Notes: a model not told the origin generated them from the sequence alone. A DNA stretch of 62,535 nucleotides from an uncultured Eubacteriales bacterium (GCA_902788085.1 CADAJB010000007.1:1-62535), one strand, 5' to 3'; positions 28,158-38,234 are shown, numbered from the stretch's first letter. Program-made: numbers and translations.

Positions 28158-28880
28158 TTATCTCCCAAACAAACGAGAGAAAAAGTCGCAAACTTTATCC
28201 CAAACACTACTGCTAGGAATTTCTTGCGAAGCGGTATTGTTGGATATGTCGTGATTAGATATGTTTTTTGGAACATTTCTGCCCGAAAGCCAATCGGTAA
28301 GTTCGGCATCTGTAAGATTTGAATCGGTTTGGTTAATAATACCCTGCTGGCTAGAAAGGTCGCCTGTTTCTACATTTTTTCGAGTAAAAGCATTGCTTCC
28401 CGCCCCCGCGCCTAAACCTAATATACCCATTAATGTGGCACTAGCAAGCAAGGCAAAAGCACATATACCACTTATAAGCCACAACTTAAAGCGCTTTTTA
28501 GATTTTTTTGCAGGCACAGGAATGTAAGGACGGATATCCATTTGCGGTGTTACATCTTCAAAATCGACAACATCGTTATAAGTTTGAAGTTGTTCGGTTG
28601 GCTGTTCTTGCTTTGTAAAAGGATTTGGTGCAATGTTAGGTTTTGTTCGAACAACCCCTGCGGGTTTTTTTGCTTTTGCCACGCGTGTAGTATCACCCGA
28701 ATTTGTAATATAGCCTTGAATATTTAACTCGCTATATGCCTGTTGCAAATTTTGGTCTTCGTCGTCTTCTTGCATACTCGAACGAACATCGGGCTGAGTA
28801 TTAGTTAGTTTTTCGTCTATCATACTAACTAGATCATTATCATATAAGTTTGTGTCTTTTTCTTTTAATTTTTTAGACAT
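28158..28880 (-). CDS. single-pass membrane protein at the ftsL position of the dcw cluster
   Basis: 240-aa ORF: a cytoplasmic N-terminal part of about 130 aa, one TM segment (LWLISGICAFALLASATLMGILGL) and an extracellular tail. Too long and too divergent to call FtsL. Confidence 0.6.
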   Translation of the reverse strand: MSKKLKEKDTNLYDNDLVSMIDEKLTNTQPDVRSSMQEDDEDQNLQQAYSELNIQGYITNSGDTTRVAKAKKPAGVVRTKPNIAPNPFTKQEQPTEQLQTYNDVVDFEDVTPQMDIRPYIPVPAKKSKKRFKLWLISGICAFALLASATLMGILGLGAGAGSNAFTRKNVETGDLSSQQGIINQTDSNLTDAELTDWLSGRNVPKNISNHDISNNTASQEIPSSSVWDKVCDFFSRLFGR

Positions 28881-28923
28881 TTATTTATACTCCTTTTTTG
28901 TATAAATTATGATAACTAATGCT

Positions 28924-29847
28924 TTATATTTTTTGCAATACTCTTAATTTTGCACTATGTGCGCGTGGGTTTAGGTTTAATTCTTCATTAGTTGCAGTAA
29001 TAGGTTTTTTATTTACAAGCACGGCTTCTTTTTTGTGATGACATATACAAACTGGAATTTTTTTATCACAAATACAATCTGCACATAATTCAGCAAACGC
29101 CTGCTTCGTAATTTTATCTTCTAGCGAGTGGAATGTTAGCACGCACATTCTTCCGTCTTTGTTTAAACTTCGCGCCATTTCTTTTATGCAATCTTCTAGT
29201 TCATCTAACTCAGCATTCACTTCTATTCGTATAGCCTGAAAAACTCGTTTAGCAGGGTGCCCCTGCTGTTGTGGTGGCACACTGCGTTTTATAATTTCAG
29301 CTAATTGCAGGGTTGTGCTAATTGGTTTTTGTTTTCGCGCAAATATAATTTGGTGCGCTATTCTTTTTGAATATGGCTCTTCGCCATAGCGTGAGAATAT
29401 ATCTGTTAGTTTTTCTTCGCTATAATAGTTAACAACATCAAACGCGGTTTTTTGCTGGTCTTGGTTCATACGCATATCAAGTGGCGCATCGTGTATATAA
29501 CTAAAACCACGAGATGCCGTGTCTATTTGATAACTGCTTACACCTAGGTCTAACAAAATTCCATCTACTTTTTGTATCTTTAACTCATCTAAATGCTGTT
29601 TAAAGTTTTTAAAATCGTCATTTATAAAAACTACTTTATCTAAATATTTTTCTAGTTTTTGCTGACAAAAATTGATGGCTGTTTTATCTTTATCGAAGGC
29701 TATTAGTTTACCCTTGTTTAGTTTAGATAAAATTTGCAAAGAATGCCCACCACCACCAAGTGTGCCATCTATATAGATGCCATTAGGGTTTATATTTAAA
29801 TTATCTATACATTCGTTTAACATAACAGATATATGTGTAAACTGCAT
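28924..29847 (-). CDS. rsmH: 16S rRNA (cytosine1402-N4)-methyltransferase
   Basis: HISVMLNECI, DGTLGGGGHS and DLGVSSYQ motifs. Confidence 0.95.
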   Translation of the reverse strand: MQFTHISVMLNECIDNLNINPNGIYIDGTLGGGGHSLQILSKLNKGKLIAFDKDKTAINFCQQKLEKYLDKVVFINDDFKNFKQHLDELKIQKVDGILLDLGVSSYQIDTASRGFSYIHDAPLDMRMNQDQQKTAFDVVNYYSEEKLTDIFSRYGEEPYSKRIAHQIIFARKQKPISTTLQLAEIIKRSVPPQQQGHPAKRVFQAIRIEVNAELDELEDCIKEMARSLNKDGRMCVLTFHSLEDKITKQAFAELCADCICDKKIPVCICHHKKEAVLVNKKPITATNEELNLNPRAHSAKLRVLQKI

Positions 29848-29860
29848 ACCCTAACCCCCC

Positions 29861-30525
29861 TTATATAATATCTACAAGTTGACAATCCACTTGGTCGCAC
29901 GCTGTTAAATAATATTTAACTCCGTTTTTTTCTACAAACTTACAGGCTCTGCAATTCTTTCCGTGCAAGTGTCCATAAACCACTGCATTAATTTTATATT
30001 TTTCGAAAAGCCTTGTAAAATCGGAATCCATAAGTTTTGCATTAAATGGCGGATAATGTATCATTGCAATTAAATAGTCGTTTTCTTTCTTTATTTTTTC
30101 TAGGTCTTGCAAAGCTAATTCCATACGAATAACTTCGCGGTCGTATATCTTTTTGTCGTTGTCGTCTTTAAACTCGTCGGGACTATTAGGAACAGTCCAC
30201 CCCCTAGTTCCACACACCACAACATTTTCTATTTTTATAGCGTCATTTTGTAATGCATAAAACTCGCCTGTTAGCATAGACCTAACCTTAGATATACTAT
30301 CCCACCAATAATCGTGGTTATTAAATCTAAGTCGGGCTTTGCTTCGTTAGAACGCATACCCCAACTAATGTCGCCCGGAATTAAAACCAAATCGTTTTCG
30401 GTTACTTTTTGCTTCCAACTTTGGCAAATACGCTCGAAATGGTCTTCCCACCCAGGACCGAAAACATCCATAGGTTTATCTACCACACTATCTAAGTGCA
30501 AATCTCCTATTGCAAATACTTTCAA
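29861..30525 (-). pseudogene. metallophosphoesterase split into two ORFs by an out-of-frame deletion
   Basis: ORF 30271..30525 gives MKVFAIGDLHL...GDISWGM...PDLDLI and then nonsense. In the frame of ORF 29861..30277 the upstream sequence reads NHDYWWDSISKVRSMLTGEF..., followed by GHLHG. The expected linker between DLDxI and GNHDYWW is missing, roughly 35-40 nt. Confidence 0.8.
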
Positions 30526-30591
30526 TTGATACTTCTCCTTATGTTAAATTATAACTAAAATTAATTTTAAAATCAACAAAAACACCATAAT

Positions 30592-30621
30592 AAAAAAGAA
30601 AAAACAGGCTTTTGCCTGTTT
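30592..30621 (-). terminator. rho-independent terminator
   Basis: The minus strand reads AAACAGGC-AAAA-GCCTGTTT followed by a long T run. Confidence 0.75.
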
Positions 30622-30640
30622 GTAGAGATAACAAAATGTA

Positions 30641-31333
30641 TTAACTAAATAAATTAAAGCCGTTATTGTTGTTTTGGTTGTTTATATTTTGTGCTGGCGC
30701 AGTTGAAGGAAATAATGGCATATCAAAAAATCCATCACAAGCATTTTGTGAAAACTCTTGACACGCTGGTATGTGGCAATAGCCATAACTAGGCACCAAC
30801 AACTCGGTTTCGGCAACCACTTTTAAAACAATTAATGCACAGCACTCCACCACGGCAGTATCGTCTGTAATTGTTGCATTTGCTATCATAACACTTGCAA
30901 CAACTTCAATGTTATAAGGAATAATTGATGGTTGCGGTAAAAACAACACAACATCTTGCGGAACACTTAAAACACCTTGGGCAACACCCTGTGTGCCGTT
31001 TGCATCGGTATAAACAATATCAACAGGCATATTAACCGTTGCCGAAATTCGTGCAAAATTTGGCCTATCTTCAAACCTAGTTACAACTAAATTTGTAAGA
31101 TATGGCTTTTCGGTAGCACTAGATTGCCCCGACACAAAAGTTAAAGGTGCAGTTGGATTTGGTGGTGTAAAGTTTGTAAGTGTTATTTCTTGATTTTCAA
31201 TGTGCTGTTGCTTTAAACAAGCATCAAAAACTTTTTTAACCTGAATGCACACCTTTTCGCACAAGCCCTTTAATGGGTTGTTAACTATTGGGCCTGGTAT
31301 GTAATTGTTACTAACCCCCGAGAAAAAAGACAT
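30641..31333 (-). CDS. hypothetical Cys-containing protein, possibly a spore coat or late sporulation protein
   Basis: Start trimmed to MSFFSGVSNN (RBS AGGAGG). No family name recalled. A sigma-K-like promoter lies upstream. Confidence 0.6.
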   Translation of the reverse strand: MSFFSGVSNNYIPGPIVNNPLKGLCEKVCIQVKKVFDACLKQQHIENQEITLTNFTPPNPTAPLTFVSGQSSATEKPYLTNLVVTRFEDRPNFARISATVNMPVDIVYTDANGTQGVAQGVLSVPQDVVLFLPQPSIIPYNIEVVASVMIANATITDDTAVVECCALIVLKVVAETELLVPSYGYCHIPACQEFSQNACDGFFDMPLFPSTAPAQNINNQNNNNGFNLFS

Positions 31334-31361
31334 AAAACCTCCTATAAAATCCCGTACATTA

Positions 31362-31389
31362 TATTTTATGAAAAATAAAAGCATAGTGT
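31362..31389 (-). promoter_or_regulatory. candidate mother-cell (sigma-K-like) promoter
   Basis: The minus strand reads AC, 17 nt, CATAAAATA, matching the remembered AC-17-CATAnnnTA consensus. Confidence 0.35.
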
Positions 31390-31410
31390 TACAAAAATAA
31401 ATACCCACAA

Positions 31411-31428
31411 GTGCATAGTACTATGCAC
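31411..31428. repeat. perfect 18-bp palindrome GTGCATAGTACTATGCAC
   Basis: The sequence is its own reverse complement, read directly from the window. Confidence 0.95.
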
Positions 31429-31470
31429 CACTATTTATAAGCAAAACTATGCGCAAAAGCGAGTTTTATA

Positions 31471-31510
31471 TAGGTACTATGCACTTTTAAAACAAAGTGC
31501 ATAGTACCTA
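31471..31510. repeat. split copy of the same palindrome: 14-bp perfect arms separated by a 12-nt spacer
   Basis: TAGGTACTATGCAC (31471..31484), ttttaaaacaaa, GTGCATAGTACCTA (31497..31510). Confidence 0.9.
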
Positions 31511-31586
31511 CTAATGCCCTACTATAAAGAAAGCGTATTTTAATTATAAATTTAGGCAACAATTTTAATAAAGTGGTGTTTTTTAT

Positions 31587-31615
31587 TTGAATTTTTTTGT
31601 ATTTAATTATATACT
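31587..31615 (+). promoter_or_regulatory. sigma-A type promoter
   Basis: TTGAAT, 17 nt, TATACT. Confidence 0.5.
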
Positions 31616-31642
31616 ATATAAAATTAGATAATGAGGTATGAT

Positions 31643-32758
31643 ATGCTTTCTTTAATTATACTAACAAATAAAGTTGTAGAAGACTTACCTGCACGCCAAC
31701 AAGCCATTATTAATCTATTAGAAAACTACAAAATAAAGTTTGATGTTAACTTTGTTTCTACCGCCGACTATAACGCATTAGATGATGTTAAAAATGTTGT
31801 TGCACAAAACGAAAAGCACAACCTTATTGTATTAGCACCTAGTTCAAACAAAAACTCGCAGATATATGTAGGGCTAGATAGCATAAAAGGCGACAATGCT
31901 TTAATTTTGGATATAGACACAAACATATCTTTGATAGAAAAAATCTTGCAAAAATATAAAGACGACTGCCAAAATGTGTTTGTTAGAAAAAAAGTAAATT
32001 CGGCACACTACTTCTTTACTAAAATAGGAATGCTTACTTATGGGCTTGGGTTAAAAATGCTAAAAAAACTACCCGACCTATGCTGTGAAAGCAGTGTAAT
32101 TTTATTAAACCGAGTTTCGATAGACACAATTTTAGAAAACCCAAAACATCTAAAAGAGTTATTAAACACAAACATAACCCCCGAACAAAAATACAGCATT
32201 CTTCACGAAAAGAATATTTATGACTCACCAACTAAAGTTCAACAAAAAAGTCAAACAAGTTTTATGTTGCTGGGTGTACTGTCTATTGTATTTTTACTTG
32301 TAACCTTAGGCGCAATGTTTATCTACCCTATGTTTAATGGCTGGATTTATAGTTTGTGGATGTTTATAACCATTGTTGTGTGGCTTGTGCTAAGCATATC
32401 GGTTTGCGCATTAACGGCAAAACAAATTTTTAACGCTAGACTTGGAAGCCCTATACCACTAGATATTGATGACTTGCCACTTATTCATATAAGCAACACT
32501 TTTTCGCACAGCGATTTATATCAACAGCAAATGTTTAAAGAATATTATAACGAAAAAGAACCAACAGAAAAAGAAAACAAAAAACCTAAAAAGAAACCTA
32601 AAAATGAAAAAGTAAAAAAAGAAACCGCAACAAAAAAGACAACCGCTAAAAAGATAACAAAAACCACTTCTGCTAATAAAAAAGAAAAAACACAAAACAT
32701 AACCACATCTACCACCCCTAAAAAGCGTGGAAGACCACCCAAAAATAAAACAAATTAA
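31643..32758 (+). CDS. membrane protein with a degenerate GT2-like N-terminal domain and a Lys-rich, AT-hook-like C-terminal tail
   Basis: Start trimmed to MLSLIILTNK (RBS GAGGT). LILDIDTN sits at the DxD position. Two TM segments are followed by about 70 Lys-rich residues ending PKKRGRPPKNKTN. Confidence 0.55.
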   Translation: MLSLIILTNKVVEDLPARQQAIINLLENYKIKFDVNFVSTADYNALDDVKNVVAQNEKHNLIVLAPSSNKNSQIYVGLDSIKGDNALILDIDTNISLIEKILQKYKDDCQNVFVRKKVNSAHYFFTKIGMLTYGLGLKMLKKLPDLCCESSVILLNRVSIDTILENPKHLKELLNTNITPEQKYSILHEKNIYDSPTKVQQKSQTSFMLLGVLSIVFLLVTLGAMFIYPMFNGWIYSLWMFITIVVWLVLSISVCALTAKQIFNARLGSPIPLDIDDLPLIHISNTFSHSDLYQQQMFKEYYNEKEPTEKENKKPKKKPKNEKVKKETATKKTTAKKITKTTSANKKEKTQNITTSTTPKKRGRPPKNKTN

Positions 32759-32769
32759 AGAAGGTATAA

Positions 32770-33774
<1,005 letters not shown>

Positions 33775-33853
33775 AATATAAAAACATAAAATAAAAAGGC
33801 CTTTAAGACCTTTTCTTTTTTGCTGGCAAATTAAATTTATAAAACTTTATGCC

Positions 33854-34558
33854 CTAATTTATTTGATTGATATACTTTTTCATTTTGGTTAAAATTTTCT
33901 TTTCTATACGCGATATATAACTTTGTGATATATTTAAAATTTCGGCAACTTCTTTTTGTGTTTTTTCTTCTTCACCAAGTAAACCAAAGCGCATTTTCAT
34001 AATGCTTTTTTCTTTTTCGTCTAGCGTGTCTAAAACCTGATATACCATTTGATTTTCGAACTGGCTTTCTACACTATTATATGCCTCGTCTGCATCCACC
34101 CCTATAATATCAGATAAAACAAGTTCGTTGCCTTCGCTATCTAAACTTAATGTTTTATCTAGCGAAAGTTCGTTTTTTTGTTTAGACACTTTACGCAAAT
34201 ACATTAAAATTTCATTTTCTATACAACGACTAGCATAAGTTGCTAGTTTAATGTTTTTTTGCGAATTAAAAGTATTTATTGCCTTAATTAAACCAATAGA
34301 ACCAACAGAAATTAAGTCGTCTAAATCGCTTGCGGTGTTTTCAAACTTTTTAGATATATACACCACAAGTCTTAAATTATGCTCGATTAATTTATTTTTT
34401 GCATCTGCATCGCCTTCTTGTGCTTTTAACAAAAAAGCTGTTTCTTCGTCTTCGGATAGTGGATTTGGCAACGCTTCGTTGTTGCATAAATAATAAACCC
34501 AATTTTGACTATCTGCATTAAATAAGTTTTTAAATATCTTTTTTAATAGTTTTAACAT
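33854..34558 (-). CDS. sigE: sporulation sigma factor E (pro-sigma-E)
   Basis: Pro-sequence followed by YYLCNNEALPNPLSEDEE, sigma-70 regions 2-4, and C-terminal ISQSYISRIEKK. It lies immediately downstream of spoIIGA and overlaps it. Confidence 0.9.
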   Translation of the reverse strand: MLKLLKKIFKNLFNADSQNWVYYLCNNEALPNPLSEDEETAFLLKAQEGDADAKNKLIEHNLRLVVYISKKFENTASDLDDLISVGSIGLIKAINTFNSQKNIKLATYASRCIENEILMYLRKVSKQKNELSLDKTLSLDSEGNELVLSDIIGVDADEAYNSVESQFENQMVYQVLDTLDEKEKSIMKMRFGLLGEEEKTQKEVAEILNISQSYISRIEKKILTKMKKYINQIN

Positions 34559-35388
34559 ACTACTTCCCCCATTTTATTATTTAGCAAAATCGAAAAGTCT
34601 TTAAAATGCTTTGAGTTGTCTATACCTACTGCCACATTATAATTGCGATTGTTTATACATAAGTTATCTGCATCAAACACCAAAATTTTAGCCTTGCTTC
34701 CAACACTGCAAACTTCTAACCTTTGCGGGTTTTTTATTTTTACCATTTTAAACTTACCCAAAAGTATGTTTGTGCGCTCGTCACACGAAAACCAAAACCT
34801 TAAACTATCTTCTTTTAAAATTATAATTGGCACATTGTCTTTGGTGCATAGGTTGTTGCCACTATCATAATAAGCACTTAAATTTACAGTTTTGTTGTTG
34901 ATAGTTAAATCTACTTTTGTTAAATAGTTAGAAAATTTAACAGCGGTATATACTTTTTTTATAAGTTTTAACAAAACCATTAAAAACACCACCCCCGCCC
35001 CCACTGTTGCACCTAGCGGAATTTTGCTAAAATACACTAAATTTGCCCCTTGTATAACATTTACATTCGCAAAATAGCACACGGCTATTAGCATACCACC
35101 AAACAAAAAGGTTAAAACCACAAAACAAACTATTCGCAAAAACAATTTATAAAAGGTTAGACTGCTTATTAATACAATTATAAACGCCACTAACATTTTA
35201 ATAATTAAAAGCACCACTCCACTAAAATTTAACAACGGGCTAATTAGGGCAAAAACAGCACCAAACAAACTTGCACCCGCTATGCCCCACCAGTTGTTTG
35301 GAACTTTTAATAGTTTGTTTGTGCAATATAACAAAATGCCATCTATAACAAAATTGTCCAGCATTACATATTCTATTACAACTTCCAT
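34552..35388 (-). CDS. spoIIGA: sigma-E processing peptidase SpoIIGA
   Basis: Membrane N-terminal half, and MEVVIEYVMLDNFVIDGILL aligns with Bacillus MKIYLDVIWLLNF. YDSGN is the aspartic protease motif (DSGN). The start is uncertain: the ORF track offers GTG at 35427. Confidence 0.8.
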   Translation of the reverse strand: MEVVIEYVMLDNFVIDGILLYCTNKLLKVPNNWWGIAGASLFGAVFALISPLLNFSGVVLLIIKMLVAFIIVLISSLTFYKLFLRIVCFVVLTFLFGGMLIAVCYFANVNVIQGANLVYFSKIPLGATVGAGVVFLMVLLKLIKKVYTAVKFSNYLTKVDLTINNKTVNLSAYYDSGNNLCTKDNVPIIILKEDSLRFWFSCDERTNILLGKFKMVKIKNPQRLEVCSVGSKAKILVFDADNLCINNRNYNVAVGIDNSKHFKDFSILLNNKMGEVVC

Positions 35389-35499
35389 TTCTCCTCGCAA
35401 AAAAATAATGTACTGGTATTTTAACACAGTACATTTTAAATACGAAAAGAAAAAAACATTAAGTTAAGGCGAAAACTGCCTGTTTTAATGCTTTTTTGT

Positions 35500-35742
35500 C
35501 TAACTGAAAAATACAACGGTGGCATTAACTACTAAACCAACTATCATTAATACCAAACCAACTATACGAATAGCAAGTAACATTCTGTCGTTGCTTTCTA
35601 CTTCGTCAACCTTGCGTATGGTGCGAACAACCCTACCTGCAATTAGCACACAAACTAGACCAATTAATACTAAAACCAAACCTATAATAATACTTGGTTC
35701 TTTTAAGTAATTTACTAATTCGTTAAAAAATGATGCCAACAT
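35500..35742 (-). CDS. small two-TM membrane protein
   Basis: 80-aa ORF with RBS AGAGGGG and a consensus promoter upstream. Confidence 0.6.
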   Translation of the reverse strand: MLASFFNELVNYLKEPSIIIGLVLVLIGLVCVLIAGRVVRTIRKVDEVESNDRMLLAIRIVGLVLMIVGLVVNATVVFFS

Positions 35743-35772
35743 ATTTTATTCCCCTCTTTAAATACTAGCAAA

Positions 35773-35801
35773 ATTATATCAAACTTTTTTGTAGTTGTCA
35801 A
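35773..35801 (-). promoter_or_regulatory. consensus sigma-A promoter
   Basis: The minus strand reads TTGACA, 17 nt, TATAAT. Confidence 0.65.
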
Positions 35802-35855
35802 TACTGAATTTATATATTTTATGAAAACACTTTTATAAAAAGCACAAGTTTGGCT

Positions 35856-36467
35856 CTACTCTTGCTTTTCTTCTTGTGTATTATCTTCTTCGATATGTAG
35901 TTTTTGTTTTTTACTAAACCTTGAAAAAACCTTTTTTGCATTAAGTGCAATATACACTATAACACTTATAATAATTATAATTAGCCCACAGCATAAAATG
36001 TAAAAGCCCCATTTATCAAAGGTTTGTTGCAAAAAGCACAACACCAACCCCACCGACATAACAACAGTGCCAAGTTTTCCTATAAAGTTGCTTGGTATTG
36101 TTATTTTTTCTTTTAACAAACAAAGCCCTGTTATTATCATTGCCAAATCTATAACAATAAGCAAAACACTTAACCATATAGGCAATGCGCCATCTATGCA
36201 CAAACATAATAGCGTTGACATTTTTAACAACTTATCGGCAAACGGGTCTAAAACAGTGCCAATAGGTGTTATTTGGTTTGTTGCGCGTGCTATTATTCCG
36301 TCTAAAACATCAGTGACGCTAGCAACAATAAAAATGATTAGTGCTATTATGTGGTTTGTTCCGGGAACACAAAAATAAGTAACAACCAATGCCGGAACTA
36401 ACAACAACCTAAACAGCGACAGCATATTAGGAACATTCCAAAAGCCTTTTAATAACTTGTTTTCCAC
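35856..36467 (-). CDS. pgsA: CDP-alcohol phosphatidyltransferase (PgsA-like)
   Basis: DVLDGIIARATNQITPIGTVLDPFADKL matches DGx2ARx8Gx3Dx3D. GTG start. Confidence 0.8.
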   Translation of the reverse strand: MENKLLKGFWNVPNMLSLFRLLLVPALVVTYFCVPGTNHIIALIIFIVASVTDVLDGIIARATNQITPIGTVLDPFADKLLKMSTLLCLCIDGALPIWLSVLLIVIDLAMIITGLCLLKEKITIPSNFIGKLGTVVMSVGLVLCFLQQTFDKWGFYILCCGLIIIIISVIVYIALNAKKVFSRFSKKQKLHIEEDNTQEEKQE

Positions 36468-36608
36468 AAATTCCTCACAATTACATTATATACAAAATAT
36501 AGTTTATTATAGCATACAAACAAAAAAACACAAACAAAAAACTACAAAATTTAACAAAAACCACTACACCCGAATATTATATAAATATATCATATTAAGG
36601 AGGATATT

Positions 36609-37628
36609 TTGAAGAAAATAGGTTTTTTGTATATGCTGCTGCTTTTACCAGTATTTTGCGTATTTTGTTTTGCTGGTTGTGGCAGTACACAAAGCACAAC
36701 ACAAACTGTTAAACTATACGAAGTTACACACAGTGTTTTTTATGCACCACTTTACATTGCCATTAACAAAGGCTTTTTTGAAGATGAAAATTTAGAGATA
36801 GAATTAACAAACGCAAATGGCAGCAACAATGTTATGACTGCTCTGCTTTCTAACAACGCAGATGTAGGGCTGGCGGGCCCCGAAACAAGTGTATATACAG
36901 CCCTGCAAAGTAACGGAAAAACGCCAAAAGTATTTGGGCAACTGACTGCTTGTGACGGAAGTTTTTTAATAGGCAAAAAAACAGACAAAACTTTTGAACT
37001 TAGCGACCTAGCAGGTAAAACAATAATTGGCGGAAGGCGTGGCGGTATGCCTGCAATGACCTTGCAATATGCCTTACATTTAGCGGGCTTAGAAAATGGC
37101 AAAGATTACACCCTAAACCTAGACTACGATTTTGGTATGGTTGCAAGTGTTTATGATAGTGGTATTGGCGACTATTGCACAATGTTTGAACCAACAGCCA
37201 GCAACTATATTGCATCTAAACCAAACGAACAAATTGTGGCAAGCATTGGCAAACTTGGTGGAAGTGTGCCTTACACCGCCTTTATTGCCAGTGATGACTG
37301 GCTAAACAAAGACTCTGCCCGTGCAGAAAAGTTTTTGCGTGCAGTATATCGTGGTTATAGGTTTATGACAACAGCAGATATAACCGAAGTGGTAAAAGCA
37401 TTAAAACCAAGTTTTGACGGAAGTAGCGATGAAAGTTTAAAACAAAGTGTATTAAACTATATAGAAATAAACGCTTTTGCCTCTACCCCAGTTATGACCG
37501 AAGAAGGTTTTGAAAGACTTTTAAACATCATAAAATTTGCTGGCGAGTTAGATAAAGACGCAAATGTAAACTTTAACGATGTTTGCACAAACACCTATGC
37601 TAAAAAATGTGTAGAATATTTTATATAA
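36609..37628 (+). CDS. lipoprotein, NMT1/THI5-like ABC transporter substrate-binding protein (orphan)
   Basis: Lipobox FAGC. The overall pattern resembles SsuA/TauA/THI5-like SBPs. No adjacent permease or ATPase gene. Confidence 0.75.
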   Translation: MKKIGFLYMLLLLPVFCVFCFAGCGSTQSTTQTVKLYEVTHSVFYAPLYIAINKGFFEDENLEIELTNANGSNNVMTALLSNNADVGLAGPETSVYTALQSNGKTPKVFGQLTACDGSFLIGKKTDKTFELSDLAGKTIIGGRRGGMPAMTLQYALHLAGLENGKDYTLNLDYDFGMVASVYDSGIGDYCTMFEPTASNYIASKPNEQIVASIGKLGGSVPYTAFIASDDWLNKDSARAEKFLRAVYRGYRFMTTADITEVVKALKPSFDGSSDESLKQSVLNYIEINAFASTPVMTEEGFERLLNIIKFAGELDKDANVNFNDVCTNTYAKKCVEYFI

Positions 37629-37632
37629 CAAA

Positions 37633-37660
37633 AAGACCACACTTTTGTGTGGCCTTTTAA
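37633..37660 (+). terminator. rho-independent terminator
   Basis: AAGACCACAC-TTTT-GTGTGGCCTT followed by a T-rich run. Confidence 0.6.
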
Positions 37661-37681
37661 TTAACATTATTAATAAAACAC

Positions 37682-37710
37682 TTGAAAAAAAACCTTATTT
37701 ATACTATAAT
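37682..37710 (+). promoter_or_regulatory. sigma-A type promoter
   Basis: TTGAAA, 17 nt, TATAAT. Confidence 0.55.
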
Positions 37711-37732
37711 GGTAAAAACGAGGTAAAGTATA

Positions 37733-38233
37733 ATGAGGTGTCCAAACTGCGGGGCTAAATTCCCTAAAAGTGCAAATATTTGCATACATTGTGGCACACA
37801 GATGTCACAACTAGAAACAGCATCTAATAAAGCAGTAACAAAAGCACGAAAAGAATATCAACCCGAATTAGTTGTTTATTCTAGTATTTTTCCATCCGAT
37901 TTAAGTTATAAAAAAACATTGCTATTGTGCATTTTCTTAGGCTTTTTTGGTGTACACCGCTATTATACAAAACAAAAACTTTCGGCAATTTTAATGACTA
38001 TTGCTTCGGTAGCATTAATAGTTGTAAGCATAATTTTAGGTATGTATTGGGGTGGCTATTTAGATGTAAACTCTTTAGGAATTTCTTTAACGGCACTAAA
38101 TAGTGTTGTCAGCCTTGTTTCGATATGTGGCGCAATTAGTATAATTAGGTGGGCTTTTGATATAGTGTTTTTAGCAATAAAGCGATATAAAGTTCCCGTA
38201 GTATTAGGCAAAAAAGAAGAAAAAGGAAAATAA
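37733..38233 (+). CDS. zinc-ribbon plus TM2 domain membrane protein
   Basis: MRCPNCGAKF...CIHCG zinc ribbon and the TM2 signature FLGFFGVHRYY. Confidence 0.7.
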   Translation: MRCPNCGAKFPKSANICIHCGTQMSQLETASNKAVTKARKEYQPELVVYSSIFPSDLSYKKTLLLCIFLGFFGVHRYYTKQKLSAILMTIASVALIVVSIILGMYWGGYLDVNSLGISLTALNSVVSLVSICGAISIIRWAFDIVFLAIKRYKVPVVLGKKEEKGK

Positions 38234-38234
38234 A

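Noticed and set aside
28157-28309. N-terminal extension of the PBP ORF overlapping the upstream membrane-protein gene. There are similar extensions at 18440..18499, 31334..31408, 42008..42115, 52159..52239, 56824..56868, 58768..58794 and 49539..49583.
   Set aside because: In each case an internal ATG has a good Shine-Dalgarno sequence and gives the canonical N-terminus. The extension overlaps a neighbouring gene, a promoter or a terminator.
32540-32755. A-rich repetitive stretch (AAAAAG/AAAACA units) that might be a satellite or a mobile-element end.
   Set aside because: It stays in frame and encodes the Lys-rich C-terminal tail of the 31643..32758 protein. No unit periodicity beyond the codon level.
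33790-33835. Possible bidirectional terminator between gap and sigE (AAAAGGCCTTTAAGACCTTTTCTTTTTT).
   Set aside because: The stem is only 4-5 bp with mismatches, which is too weak to list as a feature even though termination here is expected.
35240-35434. 64-aa alternative-frame ORF overlapping the 5' end of spoIIGA, and similar ORFs at 36016..36207 and 37000..37215.
   Set aside because: They overlap better-supported genes on the same strand in another frame, with no RBS and an implausible composition.
36468-36608. Possible riboswitch (for example TPP) upstream of the NMT1/THI5-like binding-protein gene.
   Set aside because: The 140-nt region is almost pure A/T/C low complexity. It has no conserved riboswitch core such as CTGAGA...ACCTGA and no convincing stems.
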